64,000 nt of DNA, taken from assembly GCA_002269645.1 (NCBI GenBank), contig NIVC01003831.1:1-64000 (forward strand), written 5' to 3'. The stretch is from Macrostomum lignano (lineage: Eukaryota). Positions 46,657 to 63,815 of the stretch are shown piece after piece. Made by a program: the position numbers and the translations under genes. How positions within the stretch are numbered: the stretch's first letter is position 1; each line of letters opens with the position of its first letter. The notes below the pieces were generated by a model. It did no database searches. It had not been told where the DNA came from and saw nothing but the letters and a program-made list of their open reading frames with translations.

Positions 46657-46867
46657 CTGCGATGGCCTAATCTTGCTTGCTTTAGCTCTGGCGCGGTGCT
46701 ACCTAACCTTATCAGGCTGCGCTTGAGGTGCGGCGCTCTGCCCTTTATCACAGTTCCGATCAATCTTGAGTCAAAGCTGCATCTTTTAGTCTGTGGTCGA
46801 AATATAATCAACAAGTATTTTGCAGTTAGAAGAGAATCGGCTATAAAATTGATTTTTGCATGTAAAT

Positions 46868-47340
<473 letters not shown>

Positions 47341-47784
47341 AGAATGCATTAAAGTTGATTGGCTGCTAGAAATGAGCATATTTATCCTTTATCGATAAAA
47401 AATAAGTCTGATAAAAAATTTAGGGGCTTTAGAGACGGATTGACACGGATCAACAGAACTAAAACTAGAAGATGAGGCAGTTGAAAAGTACTCGTATTAA
47501 AGGCTCAAGTTTCTTGAAATTTGGCTGCGCACGAAATCGAACGAGAGCCAAGCTGTTGAATCCACCAACAACCAAATCCCAGGAATTTTTATAAGAGCCG
47601 ATAAAACTAATCGCATTTTATCAAGACTGCCATGAAGACTGCTGCTCTACGTTACATAATAAAAAACAAATTTTGCGCTGATTGAATAAAATAAATTAAA
47701 CGGTGCTTTATCTAGCCTATAGTTTGCCATAACATGTAAATGTAGACCGCAGTTTTAGTCATAAGTTATTATAACTTCGCTCCG

Positions 47785-50700
47785 CTAGCGCGGCACATGC
47801 AGCAGTGTAATCTTCACCGACCCGTGATTAACGCCTGCTTTGGTGTTGCCGCCCGTGATGCCGCTGCAGCCGCTGCCGCCGCAGTAGGAGCCGCCGCCGC
47901 CTCCCGCCAAGCCTTCGGCCAGCCCGGCTCCGCCGCCGCTGTAGCCGCCGCCGCCGCCGCTGGCTCCTTTGTAGCCGCCGCCGCCGCCGCCACCGAAGCC
48001 GCCCTTGTAGTCGTGGCCGGACCCGGCCTCACCGCCGACCCAGTTGTTCGCGAGGCCGCTGCCGCGACCTCCGTCTTCGTCTTTGCGCCGCGTCATGTTG
48101 GGCCCGCCGAGCCAGCCAGCGCCGGAGCCGCCGTGGTGCTCACCCGAGGGCACCGCGTCCGTCTTCGTGAATCCTGGCTGGCCGTTGGAGCCGCCGAAGC
48201 CTCTGTAGTTGTGCGAGTCCGGCTGGGAGTTCGTTCCGCTGGTGCCCGCCTGGCCGTCCGCGCCTGCGGTTGGGGACAGGCTTGAGATTGATGGCGGCAT
48301 TCATGGATGGGGCACCGATGCCCTCAGTCCTTCAGATTTGGCACCGATGCCCTCAGTCCCTTCAGATTTGGCGCCGATACCTTCAGCCCCTGAGATTTGG
48401 CGCCGATGCCCTCAGTCCCTTCAAATTTGGCCCCGATTTCCCCCCTTCAGCCTCAGTCCTTCAGATGTAACGACGATGCCTTTAGTTCCTCAGATTTGGC
48501 GCCGATGACTGCAGTCTCTCAGATTTGGCCCCGATGATTTCAGTCGCTGAGATTTGGCGCCGATGCCTTCAGTCCCTGAGATTTGGCGCCGATGCCCTCA
48601 GTCCCTTCAAATTTGGTGCCGATGCCCTCAGTCCCTCAGATTTGGCGCCGATATCCTCAGTCCATTCAGATTTGGCGCTGATACCCTCAGTTTCTTCAAA
48701 TTTGGCGCCGATGCCCTCAGTCCCTCAGATTTGGCGCCGATGCCTTCAGTCTCTCAGATTTGGCGCCGATGCCTTCAGTCCCTCAGATTTGGCGCCGATA
48801 TCCTCAGTCCTTTCAGATTTGGCGCCGATACCCTCAGTCCATTCAGATTTGGCGCCGATGCCCTCAGTCCCTCAGATTTGGCGCCGATGCCTTCAGTCTC
48901 TCAGATTTGGCGCCGATGCCTTCAGTCCCTCAGATTTGGCGCCGATGCCTTCAGTCTCTCAGATTTGGCGCCGATGCCTTCAGTCCCTCAGATTTGGCGA
49001 CGATGCCCTCAGTCAATTCAGATTAGGCGCCGATGCCCTCAGTCCATTCAGATTTGGCGCCGATACCCTCAGTCCTTCAGATTTGGCACCGATGCCTTCA
49101 GTCCTTCAGATTTGGCACCGATGCCTTCAGTCCCTTCAGATTTGGCGCCGATGCCCTCAGTCCCTCAGATTTGGCGCCGATGCCCTCAGTCCCCTCAGCT
49201 TTGGCGCCGATGCCCTCAGTCCTTCAGATTTGGCGCCGATGCCCTCAGTCCCGCAGAACTGGCGCCAGTTCATTTATTCTCCGAACCAGCAGGCCAAGCC
49301 TCACAAATCCCCAGTCCCTCGGGGCTAATTAGGCTTACCATCACGGTCTTTGCTGGCTCCGCCGCCACCTCCGGCAGCCAGCAGCAGGGTGTCGCCGGCC
49401 TCCTTGTAGACAAAGCTGCCCCCGCCGCCGCCAGCGCTGGAAGACAACACCGATGATGCTAAGTAGCCGCCCCTCTTCCCGACAACAACAGACAGAACTG
49501 TGCCGGCCGTCAGTCTAAAATTGCCGCTCATTTTAGCGCCGTTGCCTCCACTTCTACCGTTTACTGTGCCGCCATCGGCACCCAGCGCCTCGATGCGGTA
49601 GCAGGCGGTGAACGGCAGCTGCACCGTCTGAACCGAACCGGTGCGTACGGAGCTCGGACCTGAAGCTGAGAAACATCGAAAAAAACATTTAGAAGAAATT
49701 TTTCTGTAGATGAAGCTGGGTCATCGACGGAATTGGGTCAAGAATATTATCGGGTCATCGACGGAATTGGGTCAAGAATATTATCGGGTCATAGATGGAA
49801 TCGGGTCATAGATGGAATCGGGTCATAGATGGAATCGGGTCATAGATAGAATTGGGTCATAGATGGAATCGGGTCATAGATAGAATCGGGTCATAGATAG
49901 AATTGGGTCATAGATGGAATTGGGTCAAGAATATTATCGGGTCATAGATGGAATTGGGTCAAGAATATTATTGGGTCATAGATGGAATTGGGTCAAGAAT
50001 ATTATCGGGTCATAGATGGAATTGGGTCAAGAATATTATTGGGTCATAGATGGAATCGGGTCATAGATGGAATCGGGTCATAGATAGAATCGGGTCATAA
50101 ATGGAATCAGGTCATAAATTGAAGCCGGTCATAAATAGAGGCGGGTCATAAATGGAATCAGGTCATAGATGGAATCGGGTCATAAATTGAAGCGGGTCAT
50201 AAATAGAGGCGGGTCATAAATAGAATCGGGTCATAAATAGAATCGGGTCATAAAAAGAATTGGGTCATAAATAGAGTCAGGTCATAAATAGAGTCAGGTC
50301 ATAAATAGAGTCGGGTCATAAATAGAATCGGGTCATAGATAGAATCGGGTCATAAATGGAATCGGGTCATAAATGGAATCGGGTCATAGATAGAATCGGG
50401 TCATAAATTGAAGCAGGTCATAAATAGAGGCGGGTCATAAATAGAGGCGGGTCATAAATAGAATCGGGTCATAAATAGAATCGGGTCATAAATAGATTAG
50501 AACCGTGTCATAAATGGAATCGGGTAGTAAATAGAATCGCGGTTCATAGATAGAATCGGGTCATAGATGGAATTTGGACATAGATGGAATTTGGTCATAG
50601 ATAGAATCGGGTCATAAATGGAATCGGGTCATAAATGGAATCGGGTCATAAATCGAATCGGGTCATAAATAGAATCGAGTCATAAATAGAGTCGGGTCAT

Positions 50701-53700
50701 AAATAGAATCGGGTCATAAATAGAATCGGGTCATAAATAGAGGCGGGTCATAGATAGAATTGGGTCATAGATAGAATCGGGTCATAAATAGAATCGGGTC
50801 ATAAATAGAATCGGGTCATAGATAGAATCGGGTCATAAATGGAATCGGGTCATAAATAGAGTCGGGTCATAAATAGAATCGGGTCATAAATGGAATCGGG
50901 TCATAAATGGAATCGGGTCATAAATTGAAGCGGGTCATAAATAGAGGCGGGTCATAGATAGAATTGGGTCATAGATAGAATCGGGTCATAAATGGAATCG
51001 GGTCATAAATAGAGTCGGGTCATAAATAGAATCGGGTCATAAATAGAATCGGGTCATAAAAAGAATCGGGTCATAAATAGATTAGAACCGTGTCATAAAT
51101 GGAATCGGGTAGTAAATAGAATCGCGGTTCATAGATAGAATCGGGTCATAGATGGAATTTGGACATAGATGGAATTTGTTCATAGATAGAATCGGGTCAT
51201 AAATGGAATCGGGTCATAAATGGAATCGGGTCATAAATAGAATCGAGTCATAAATACAGTCGGGTCATAAATGGAATCGGGTCATAAATAGAGTCGGGTC
51301 ATAAATAGAATCGGGTCATAAATGGAATCGGGTCATAAATGGAATCGGGTCATAAATTGAAGCGGGTCATAAATAGAGGCGGGTCATAGATAGAATTGGG
51401 TCATAGATAGAATCGGGTCATAAATGGAATCGGGTCATAAATAGAGTCGGGTCATAAATAGAATCGGGTCATAAATAGAATCGGGTCATAAATAGAATCG
51501 GGTCATAAATAGATTAGAACCGTGTCATAAATGGAATCGGGTAGTAAATAGAATCGCGGTTCATAGATAGAATCGGGTCATAGATGGAATTTGGACATAG
51601 ATGGAATTTGGTCATAGATAGAATCGGGTCATAAATGGAATCGGGTCATAAATGGAATCGGGTCATAAATAGAATCGAGTCATAAATACAGTCGGGTCAT
51701 AAATGGAATCGGGTCATAGATAGAATCGGGTCATAAATAGAATCGGGTCATAGATAGAGTCGGGTCATAAATGGAATCGGGTCATAGATAGAATCGGGTC
51801 ATAAATAGAATCGGGTCATAGATAGAATTTGGTCATAGATAGAATCGGGTCCTAAATGGAATCGGGTCATAGATAGAATCGGGTCATAAATGGAATCGGG
51901 TAGTAAATAGAATCGCGGTTCATAGATAGAATCGGGTCATAGATGGAATTTGGACATAGATGGAATTTGGTCATAGATAGAATCGGGTCATAAATGGAAT
52001 CGGGTCATAAATGGAATCGGGTCATAAATAGAATCGAGTCATAAATACAGTCGGGTCATAAATGGAATCGGGTCATAAATAGAATCGGGTCATAAATAGA
52101 ATCGGGTCATAGATAGAGTCGGGTCATAAATGGAATCGGGTCATAGATAGAATCGGGTCATAAATAGAATCGGGTCATAGATAGAATTTGGTCATAGATA
52201 GAATCGGGTCCTAAATGGAATCGGGTCATAGATAGAATCGGGTCATAAATGGAATCGGGTAGTAAATAGAATCGGGTCATAGATAGAATCGGATCATAGA
52301 TGGAATTCGGACATAGATGGAATTTGGTCATAAATGGAATTTGGTCATAAATGGAATTGGGTCGTAAATAGAATCGGGTCATAGATAGAATTGGGTCATA
52401 AATGGAATCGGGTCATAGATAGAATCTGGTCATAGACGGAATTGAGTCATAGATGGAATCGGGTCATAGACGGAATTAGGTCATAGACAGAATTGAGGCA
52501 TAGATGGAATTGGCCATCGGCAGGATTGAGGCAATATGATTGGGGCAAACCTTTGAGCCATAGACACGGACACTCTTCCAAGCTACTCACCAGAAAAAGT
52601 CTTCTCAAACGGCGGCAGCAGGGCGGCCAGCCGCAGCTCCAAGTCGGCCAATTTCCACAGCCGATCGGACGGCCCGGCCTCAACGTGCCGCCGCACGCGG
52701 CTCGGGTTCGAATTTGGCAGCAATCTGGTCGAGTCGTCGACCAGAAAAATCATTCGGCAGAGTTCAGAACCGTTGGCCAGGCTGACAACTGAGCAGCCTC
52801 TCTGCATGCAGGCGGTGGCGCACTCGATCTCGGACCGGACTCCGGTCACATTCAGCTCGAAGCTGCTTGTCACATTGTCGATGACCACCGAGTCGGTTAG
52901 GGTGAGCTCGGCCTGGTTCACGTTTGAGCCAGCGCTGGCGGCTGGAAACAGAATCAGCTTTCGGATTGTCCGATGGCCATTATGGCATCGATGCCCATTA
53001 AACTCAATTAATGACCATTAGGATCCATTGCTAACTATTAGGCTCTATCGGTGCCCATTAGGCTCCATCGATGCCCATTAGGCTCCATCGATGCCCATTA
53101 GGCTCCATCGATGATCATTAGGCTCCATCGATGACCAATCGAAGCCATCGATGACCAATCGAAGCCATTGATGACCAATCGAAGCCATCGATGACCAATC
53201 AAAGCCATCGATGCCCATTAGGATCCATCGATGACCATTAGGTTCCATCGATGACAATTAGGTTCCATCGATGACCATTAGGTTCCATCGATGACCATTA
53301 GGTTCCATCGATGACCATTAGGTTCCATCGATGACAATTAGGTTCCATCGATGACCATTAGGTTCCATCGATGACCATTAGGTTCCATCGATGACCATTA
53401 GGTTCCATCGATGACAATTAGGTTCCATCGATGACCATTAGGTTCCATCGATGACCATTAGGTTCCATCGATGACCATTACGTTCCATCGATGACAATTA
53501 GGTTCCATCGATGACCATTAGGTTCCATCGATGACCATTAGGTTCCATCGATGCCCATTAGGATCCATCGATGACCATTAGGCTCCATGGATGATCAATT
53601 GAAGCGTCAGACAAGGCGTCACAAGTGAGCATACTGGCCCTATTGTTGGCTATTCGGATAATTGGGTTGCTATGCGAAAGTCCGGCCGCTCAGGCCAACT

Positions 53701-53758
53701 CACCCCACGAGCAGCAGCAGAGCAGCAGCAGCAGCAGCATGCGTGCAGTTTCCATCAT
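47785..53758 (-). CDS. Secreted protein with PAN/apple-like domain and ALK/LTK-type glycine-rich domain, 403 aa, 4 exons
   Basis: Exons 53704-53758 (MMETARMLLLLLLCCCSW, signal-like), 52591-52941 (IECATACMQRGCSVVS...CRM), 49339-49665 (YRIEALGADGG...GNFRLTAGTVLSVVVGKRGG...GGGGGSFV...LLLAAGGGGG), 47785-48263 (GGFGGGGGG...GGGGGYSGG...GGGGSY...HGSVKI). All junctions phase 1; total 1212 nt. Confidence 0.85.
48300..49255. repeat. ~29-bp minisatellite in intron 3 of the glycine-rich gene
   Basis: AGATTTGGCGCCGATGCCCTCAGTCCCTC units. Confidence 0.95.
49710..52520. repeat. 17-bp minisatellite, about 2.8 kb, with higher-order repeats
   Basis: GGGTCATAAATAGAATC units; variant block AGATTAGAACCGTGTC recurs at 50494, 51079 and 51511. 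Confidence 0.97.
52965..53595. repeat. 20-bp minisatellite in intron 1 of the glycine-rich gene
   Basis: CCATCGATGACCATTAGGTT units. Confidence 0.95.
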
Positions 53759-54179
53759 TGAAAATTTCTTTGGTAGCATAAAATTAACAAAATACAGTTT
53801 TGTGAAGCGACAGCGAAGACGCATCCGTGAGTGGATTTTTGCTTTTTATGCAAAATTGTGAGCAGATACCGAGGTACACCCGTTCAGTACGCCCCCGAAT
53901 GGAGCACTTGACTTAATAAGTTCCTAGAAAGGTTTGCTGCTATGGTAGCTAATTGATTTCTAGGCAAACTAAAACACTATTGAGTGCCCTGGCTACATCA
54001 ATTAGAAAGCTTCTGGCATTTCAAATACGGCTAATTCAATTCCATGCATGACGGATGAATGTTTGCCATCATTTTAGAGTAACCTGGTAATTTCATTGGC
54101 TCGATAGCCCACGCAAAACAGAATGGATCTCTAGTCACTTATCCATATCTCTCAGACTAGCTTGCTGAAAGATCAAATA

Positions 54180-55490
54180 CGAGGGGTGCTTATTAAGTTC
54201 CCGGAAAAGTTCAATTCTGATGATCGCATCTGTGCGAAATTTTACCTGCAGCAACTGCAGTCTATTATAACTTCTCAACATAATTTCCACCCAAATGGGA
54301 GCACTTCTGCAGGCGCTGGAACCATGCATCGAAGCACCCCTGAGATCAGCTTTGGTGAAGCTGTCCAGCTCAGATTGCAGCGCAACAACCAGCTCCTCCC
54401 TCGAGACGAAGCGCTTCCCCTTCAGATTTTTCTTCATCCTGGGACAGAGGAAGAAGTCAGCAGTCGCCAGGTCCGGCGAATATGCCGGATGCAGCAGCTG
54501 GACTAGCTGGGTCGCCTGAAGGAACTCCTGGGTCACTCGTGCCCGGTGCGCGGGAGCGTTGTCCTGATGGAGGAAGATGCCTTTGTCGAGCGTCTTCGGC
54601 CGCTGCTGTGCGAGCACCTGCAGAACCTGAGGCAAGTAGACGGTGCTGTACCATTCTGCCGTCACTGTGGCGCCTTGCTGCAGCAGCACTGGCGGCAGGA
54701 TGCCGCTGCGTCGGAAGAAAATGGCCGCCATCACTTTTCCGACGCTGCGCTCGCGACGAAATTTGAGAGGAGCATCTTCCTCGTTTGTAACCCACTGCCG
54801 ACTCTGCTCCTTGGTCTCTGGGTCATAGAATTAGACCCAGGTTTCGTCACCAGTGAGGATGTTATCCACCAACTTTGCGCGGCCTCCGTCAAACCTGGCC
54901 GCCATGAGGTCGGCGAACTCAACTCGGGCTCGCATCTGGTCAGCGCTGAGCTGGTGGGGTACCCAGCGAGCGGACAGCTTCCTCATGCCGAGGTGCTGGT
55001 GCAGGATCTTAATGATGGTGGAATTCGATACCCCGATGAGCTGCTCCAATCAGCAAATCGTCACTCGCCGATCTTCGTCCACGTGGCGTCGAACAGAAGC
55101 AACGACTCCGTCGGACACGGCCGAACTCGGCCGCCCCACGCGAGGATCGCCGTTAAGAGTGGCCGAGCCGCAGCGCGCAAACCACTCATACACCATCGAC
55201 TGGGATGGCGCTTGATCCCGAAGAGCCTCACACAGCGTCTGGAGGCAGGCGGCCGCAGACCTGCCCAGCCGAAACTGGACCTGCATCGCCACTCGCCTGT
55301 CGCGTTCAGTCAGCTGCGGCAGGGGGGCACGTTTTCAGCCAAACTTTGGCCACTGCGGCGGATCATTGCGACCGATTGAGCTTGAATTTTACAAGCAAAC
55401 GTAGAACATCCAACCCTAACTGCTGGTTAGGTTTCATTTGATTGGCGCATTTTTAAGCTGCATTTTCCGGGAACTTAAAAGCACCCCTCG
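54180..55490 (-). mobile_element. Mariner (D,D34D) DNA transposon, full length, inactivated
   Basis: ~29-bp TIRs CGAGGGGTGCTT(A)TTAAGTTCCCGGAAAA; TA TSD at 54178-79 and 55491-92; 1311 bp. Confidence 0.95.
54270..55320 (-). pseudogene. Mariner transposase pseudogene
   Basis: GRP, WVPHQL, TGDETWV, HQDNAPAH, YSPDL..D motifs with 34 residues between the 2nd and 3rd Asp; in-frame stops at 55050-52 and 54831-33; frameshift near 54340 before CFDAWFQRLQKC...YVEK. Confidence 0.9.
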
Positions 55491-55557
55491 TAATAATGCA
55501 TTGGATGGAATGCGGAGGCCGGAGGCTCTTTTTAAATTGCTAACACATTAAATAAGC

Positions 55558-55558
55558 A

Positions 55559-55643
<85 letters not shown>

Positions 55644-55650
55644 TGGACAG
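55558..55650. repeat. (GACA)n microsatellite
   Basis: Direct observation. Confidence 0.95.
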
Positions 55651-56039
55651 ACGCTGAAATGATTTTTAACGCAAAAGGCCCGTTTGAGTCTTAATACGCA
55701 TCGCATAAAACAGCAGTGAAAAAGATTAATTTTAAACTCTGTGTATTTTTGAGTCATTCTCCTTCACAATTTGTATTAGCGTTGTGAAAAATATTGTTCA
55801 AAACAAAATACAATCTGAAACTCCGGTCAGGAACAAAGCTACTGACAGATTAATCCAGCATCTGGTTTCAATGCTGGCCTGCTGTCAGTGTAAGAATAAT
55901 CGATTAAAGATGCCAGCAGTGAGACAGCAGAGCAAAAGGATAAACTGCTAGGACTACAGGGTCACAGCAGTGTCTAGCTAATTCCATGTCTAGCGGTGAA
56001 AGCGCAGATAAGCGGGGTCTAGAAACGGGATTAAGGCAC

Positions 56040-56041
<2 letters not shown>

Positions 56042-56103
<62 letters not shown>
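56042..56103. repeat. (CT)n microsatellite
   Basis: Direct observation. Confidence 0.95.
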
Positions 56104-56104
<1 letters not shown>

Positions 56105-56334
56105 TGTCAGATTATTAAAGCTTTACATTTAAACAAAAAAGGCAGCGCCTTAGAAAGCAGATTTCATAGTCATTAAATTTTGTGTTAAACAAACATGAAG
56201 CTCAAAGCGCTTTTGATTTATGATATGATTTGATTTATGATTTCTGATATGAAATGAAAAGGAAGTTCAGCATGACGATAAATTAGACATTAGAAAGATT
56301 AAATAGCGAGAGATTAAATAGCGATTGACAAAGA

Positions 56335-56665
56335 TTGATAGTGTCTGATAGAGACTGATAGAGATCGATAGAGACTGATTGTTAGAGATCTATAGAGACT
56401 GATAGAGACTGATAGAGACTGATAGAGTCTGATAGAGACTGATAGAGATTGATAGAGACTGATGGAGACTGATGGAGACTGATAGCGACTGATAGAGATT
56501 GATAGAGACTGATGGAGACTGAAAGAGTCTGATAGAGACTGATAGAGACTGATAGAGTCTGATAGAGACTGATAGAGTCTGATAGAGTCTGATAGAGACT
56601 GATAGAGTCTGATAGAGACTGATAGAGTCTGATAGAGTCTGATAGAGACTGATAGAGTCTGACAG
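56335..56665. repeat. 10-bp minisatellite (GATAGAGACT)
   Basis: Direct observation. Confidence 0.95.
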
Positions 56666-57309
56666 AGACCGTCAAAAATGATATTATAGTAGCAGTGAAA
56701 AACTCAGTGAGAAAACGGTGTGTGATGACGTAATGAGTAAAATCACAATTTAAGCATCGCAGAGCGGGACGGCAAAGCGCAGGGTGGGTGAAGGAGCTCA
56801 TTCCTCACGCCCGTGACACCAGTTGGCTGGTGGCAGCAAGTGATTTACAACAAATACTCGTCATTGGAGACTGCGGCTGAGATGGCCGGCAGAAATAAAA
56901 ATACGCGCAGCTCAATAACCCAACGGTTGTCCAGTTTCGGGAGTTTTTTAAATTCAATTTTTTGCATGCGAAATTGTGCAGAATCCCTCTTCCAGCAAAA
57001 ACTTTCTAAGAAAACAAAATCGATCCAATTTCTGTCTTCGATTACTGGGTGTCCTTTTTAATCCGAATGAATGCACAATTTCAATTCGTCACGTGGTTGG
57101 AAACTTTCTACCCCTGAAGCAAATTTAATTTCGATACATATCGGTTCCAAAACACAAGAAAAGCAATTTTATCGACACATATCGGCGCTGATCGATGCCG
57201 CTTAGAGGGAAGGGAGGCGCCAGAAGCCACACTTAAAGTTTCATTTAAGCTCCTTAGCGACAACGCAAAGTTTATTTTCGAAACATATCGGCTGACCAGC
57301 ACATTGGCG

Positions 57310-60800
<3,491 letters not shown>

Positions 60801-63800
60801 CAAGCGAGTGCATTGACATGTGTTGGTTGGAAATGAGTTCATTAAAAAACTACACCATAATAAAGTACTAATGAGGTTTTAGAATGTTATAAAATAAATA
60901 AGGAAAAAGCTTTCTTACAATCTTAGCTAGGCTAAAATAAATAATAAATGACATATCTGTATCTATCTCCTAACACACTATATGAAATTACAGACTGTTG
61001 GTATTATAATGGGCCATGCAGAAATTTTATGCCTCTTATTCGCATAATAACTTTCGAGATTTTCAAAATCATATAATTTTCACTAGTTGAAAAACACAAA
61101 TATAGTATGAAAAGCTAAAAGCCATTATGTCTCAATCATTTGTGGAATTTATTTTTTGTTTACCCATCCAAATAAAATTTAATAACTAAATTTTAAACTG
61201 AATTTATCTTATAACTAAGCTACTACTGCGATAGTCAGTCTCACTACAGCTATGGTATTAAGTTGTCTTATAGATCAAATATTTTGTATCTATTACATTT
61301 TTTGAAACGTGAATACGAGCTAAAAAAGACCAATCACTTGTCATAATTGTTTAGAACTTTAAATACTATTCATTTTGAATTAAAAAATTTGACAGTTTAA
61401 AAAAGTAAAGTAATTTTGCAGTATTTCATATAGTAAAGTGAACTGTTTCTATAAATTCTAACACACAATTTAGGTAATTGGTATGTGTCCTAGCTAGATA
61501 CGAGTGCTCCTACAATATTCTTTATCTATATCGTACATAGATTTTAGTACATAGGAAGCAAGATAGGGCAGACGGGAAGATATTGCAAGATTTTATTTAG
61601 CAGTTCTAGATTAACAGATACGAGCTAGAATTTATATCTAAGAAGAATCAGGTAAAGTTTTAAAGGATCATATATTATTTTCACAAATGGTATGCTGCGA
61701 AAATGTATGTTGGCAACCAAAATTAAACTGCCGCTAAGCGCAATTCAAGTCTGAAATGCTATAATCAGTTAAAATGCAGAAGTTATTTCGTTTTTTTCTT
61801 TTTGATGTCGAGAAACAAAAAAGTTTTCATTGATTCCAGCTTTCATGAAGTAAAAATTTGTTTTACCTTTGATAACTTCAAATTCCTTTTGACGGATTTT
61901 TACCTGGTGTTTCATTGTACGGTTTGCGTTTGGAGTACATCGATTCTGAATGCAGTTTTTAGTCTTAATATTCGATTGATTTCGATTGAATGGCGGTTGG
62001 GGAAGAAAATTAAAATTATTTTTCTGCTCTAATAATAAGCTTAATTGGAACTTAAGTTAGCTTTTAATTTTAACGATCCTTTATTTACTACATGGTCTTC
62101 TGATCTTTTCCGATAGAAGTCCTGATCCAAGCTCTTAGTTGTATTTTGCTAATTAGTTTTTTTGAAAGTTTCAGCACAAATAAAAAATAATATATTGACT
62201 AGCAGATTTCCTTCATCTATTAATTACTCCATATAAATCGTTTGAACATGCATGGTCTAATTCGACCTAAGCGCGTGACAATATTATTAAAATTTTAACG
62301 TTTGATTAATTGCCACCTTCTATTCAATAAAATTCAATTCAATGCGCGCTGTCAATTGCTAATGCGATGCAATTAATGCGATGCATGATTGTCGATGGTG
62401 CCCATACTCGCATTGGAATATAAGCACTGGTAGTAATATGTAGCTGTATTAGCTTTAATTATAATATTTGCACTTAGAACTATAGCTTAGAAGGTTAAAT
62501 AACTCACAAAACTCGACAATTATTATAATTATATACACGCACCTTATAAATCTTTTACGATAGATAATTTTCGCTTCAAAGAGAATAATATTTGTTTGCA
62601 TAGCACTTTGCGTTTAATGTTAGATAAGTAAAAAACTTCACGATTGCTTAAAACATGTTCATTAGTAAAATGGCCCTTATTAAAGGCCCCTTGTCACGAC
62701 ACAAATAGAACTTAAGTCAGCTGCACTCGTAAATGTAAGTGTTTACAAGTGTTTACAAGTGTTTACATGTAATCGTTTTGTCCGAGGTTGATGCTCGAGT
62801 TGATCGAAATAATTTAAAAAGCCTTACTATAGACGACCATGCAGCAAAATCCATATTATACAATATACTATCTATAAATACTATTGTCTACTACCCCTAT
62901 CTGATTACATACAGCAGGTACAGCTGGCCTGTTTGATAATCCATGCAAATTTGCATGTGATGATTCCGCAGATGAGTTATTTCTATGGTTTGTCTAAATA
63001 TATGTCTCAACTTAGAAACCTGGCTAATCGAGAGCTGCGTTATAACAATCACATAGACTAATTCTCCCACTCAGATTATTATGAACCTCATCGCGCGATT
63101 GATAAAAACAATAGCTTAAAATCTATTTTTGAAACGTAAAGCGCAGACTCCCTAATTGATATTTGTATTTGAAATTCGAGTAAATTCTCACGCAGATAAA
63201 CAATACGGTACCTTGAGCCCCCTGCACGCTTTTGAGGTAAGTCTTTGCAGATCTAATCTGTTGTAATTATTATTCTTGGTCATTTCTTTTCTCTCCTCTC
63301 TTCCCCCGTGCCCTGCAGTTAGCTAAGAAACCCCGCTTATCAAAACGGAATTGTCTAAATCAAAACGCCTTGGAAGTTTTCTGCTTTCAAATTTTCTGTA
63401 GAAGTTCCAACTAAAAGTCCGTCGCTCTACCGTGATTGATAACTGAAACGCGCACAAACAAGACTGAAGTGACGTTTCGTTGGTTTGTTAGCATGGGTAA
63501 CTGTGTTCGGTTTGTTGCTTAGCTTTATTCAATTAGACTTTATTCTGCTAACTTAGTCACTTAACTTCATTCAATTCCAAACTTCTATGTACTCTGTAAA
63601 CCAATGCGTACTCTGCGCAATTCAGTGTACATCATTGCGCTAGCCTTGCCTCGCCTTAAGTCTCTCCACTTACTCAGCCATGTAATGCACCAGTTCAATA
63701 TTCACAATATTCAAGTGTTTCGTCAAGCAACTTAGACTACTCTACTACTGCAAATATATCGCAAGAATTTATACTCGCTTAAACAACATTCGATTCCTGA

Positions 63801-63815
63801 CTTTCGCGTCACGCA

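Noticed and set aside
48525-49456. 267-aa and 300-aa plus-strand ORFs
   Set aside because: Translation of the ~29-bp intronic minisatellite, antisense to the host gene.
54546-55379. 277-aa plus-strand ORF
   Set aside because: Antisense shadow of the GC-rich mariner transposase; no recognisable motifs.
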